Assembly: GCA_013239625.1 (NCBI GenBank)
Contig: MU054323.1
Location: 19,176,819 to 19,240,818, forward strand
Reading direction: 5' to 3'
Source of the DNA: Lama guanicoe
Taxonomy: Eukaryota
DNA length: 64,000 nucleotides
Below, in pieces: positions 62,791 through 64,000 of this stretch. Within the stretch, counting starts at the first letter, position 1. The number at the start of each line of letters is the position of its first letter. Both the position numbers and the translations under genes were made by a program. The notes beneath the pieces are model-generated. The model saw nothing but the letters and a program-made list of their open reading frames with translations, was not told the DNA's origin and searched no databases.

Positions 62791-62943
62791 GGGCACACTA
62801 TGACCGGGTTCGCGACCACGTCTGGAGGATGGGGACATGGCAGTGCCGGAGCAGCAGAAGAAGCAGACGCTGACAAAGAGGCGGGCCTTTGTCTGGGTTT
62901 CACTGGGTGGGAATCTTACTTTTGCATGTTTTCTTGGCTGTAG

Positions 62944-63140
62944 TGTTTTTGTTTTTATTGAGATATAATTGACATAACATAAAATTCACGATTTAAAGCA
63001 CACAACTGAGTGCTTTTCAGTAACTCACGGATTATTCAACCACTGCCACTGTCTAATTCTGAAAATTTTTCATCACTCCCCAAAATGAACTCTGTAGCCA
63101 TTATCAATCACCTCCCATTCCCCTTCCCCTTATCCCCTAG
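62944..63140 (-). mobile_element. L1MB-type 3' end
   Basis: 'tttttattgagatataattgacataacataaaattcac..tttaaag..ttcaaccactgccactgtctaattctgaaaatttttcatcactcccc'. Confidence 0.85.
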
Positions 63141-64000
63141 CATTTTAGAAAAAGGTGATTTGAATTTTCTCATTTAGGAGGAAAGAGTAAGTGATAAGAC
63201 ACATGGAGAACCCAGAGTGTACTGGGGCTTAAGTAGCCTTTTAGTGTGTCTGACGTGGCCACAAAGTGAAAACGGGAAAATGAACCCAAATAGTTTAAGA
63301 AGCAATTTCTTTACCCTCAGATTCCCAAAACCCACTGCTGGCTAGGAAGTAACCTAACGCTGACATTCTGAAAATCTTGGGAAAAGTAAACTCCAGGATT
63401 ATGTAATCAATTTTTATTAAATCTTCTTTAGAAGATCTCAGTATTTTCCACGAGTTTACCATCATTCTCTATCTCTTCCCATTTCCTTAGAAATAACTTG
63501 AAATTAGAAATTAGAATGATGAGGCTGGCAGAACCTTATTTTATGTGGCCTCTTTTTTAATTAATTGAGGAGTATGCATTTTATTCACCTTTCTCATCAG
63601 GATTGCTCATTATTTTCAAAAATAAATGAAAATGTTTTACTCTAAAGAAACGCTATCAGGAAGCTTTCCAGTTGATTGTGCTTCCCCCTCTCCCCACGTT
63701 CATGTCTGGAATCTATTTGTTCATGGCTTGGAAAAGCAGAAGTTTACATTTGAATCTGTCTTAACTAGATTTTGCAAAATATACCAAACGCTTGCCATTG
63801 GCCATGTCTGCTTGCTGTTCCGCAGTGACACACGGAAAGTTCCTAAACTTCTGGACTCTGGTAGTCATATAGAAACATCAACAGTAGAAATTTATCAAGG
63901 AACATTGGAAAATTTAACTTTTATCATCAACTGTTGGCTTCAAAAGCAAGACACCATGGTCCAGACCTTAAGTTTGTTACCTTGAATACAAGATGGTACC

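Noticed and set aside
63626..63985. 119-aa plus-strand ORF
   Set aside because: No recognisable domain or supporting promoter or splice context; length is within chance expectation for 64 kb.
1..64000. CRISPR arrays, operons, rRNA or a novel multi-gene system
   Set aside because: The window is mammalian repeat-rich non-coding DNA with no repeat-spacer array, no intact long ORFs and no rRNA similarity.

Overview
This is AT-rich, CpG-depleted mammalian genomic DNA, most likely from a camelid: a tRNA-Ala-derived Vic-1-type SINE lies at 39061-39170. It reads as intronic or intergenic, and I could not recognise any protein-coding exon. The ORFs with recognisable homology are broken LINE-1 ORF2 or ERVL fragments; the rest appear to be antisense or chance frames. 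Roughly half of the window is transposon-derived: young and old LINE-1, L2, MIR, CR1/L3, MaLR (MLT1) LTRs, a decayed ERVL provirus with LTR41-type LTRs, an ERV1-type solo LTR and hAT MITEs (MER63, MER81). The best-supported structural observations are: (1) a SINE carrying about 115 bp of apparent 3'-transduced sequence inside one TSD; (2) a twin-primed 5'-inverted L1 with a perfect 14-bp TSD and a 16-bp breakpoint duplication; (3) a three-layer nest of ERVL/LTR41, MER63 and L1 that retains a CTCF-like motif; (4) a recent 294-bp tandem duplication with a templated 20-bp insertion. There are also weaker candidate non-coding exons and enhancer-like motif clusters. I found no convincing novel multi-gene system. 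Repeat family names come from recalled consensus similarity, and old-repeat boundaries are approximate (tens of bp).
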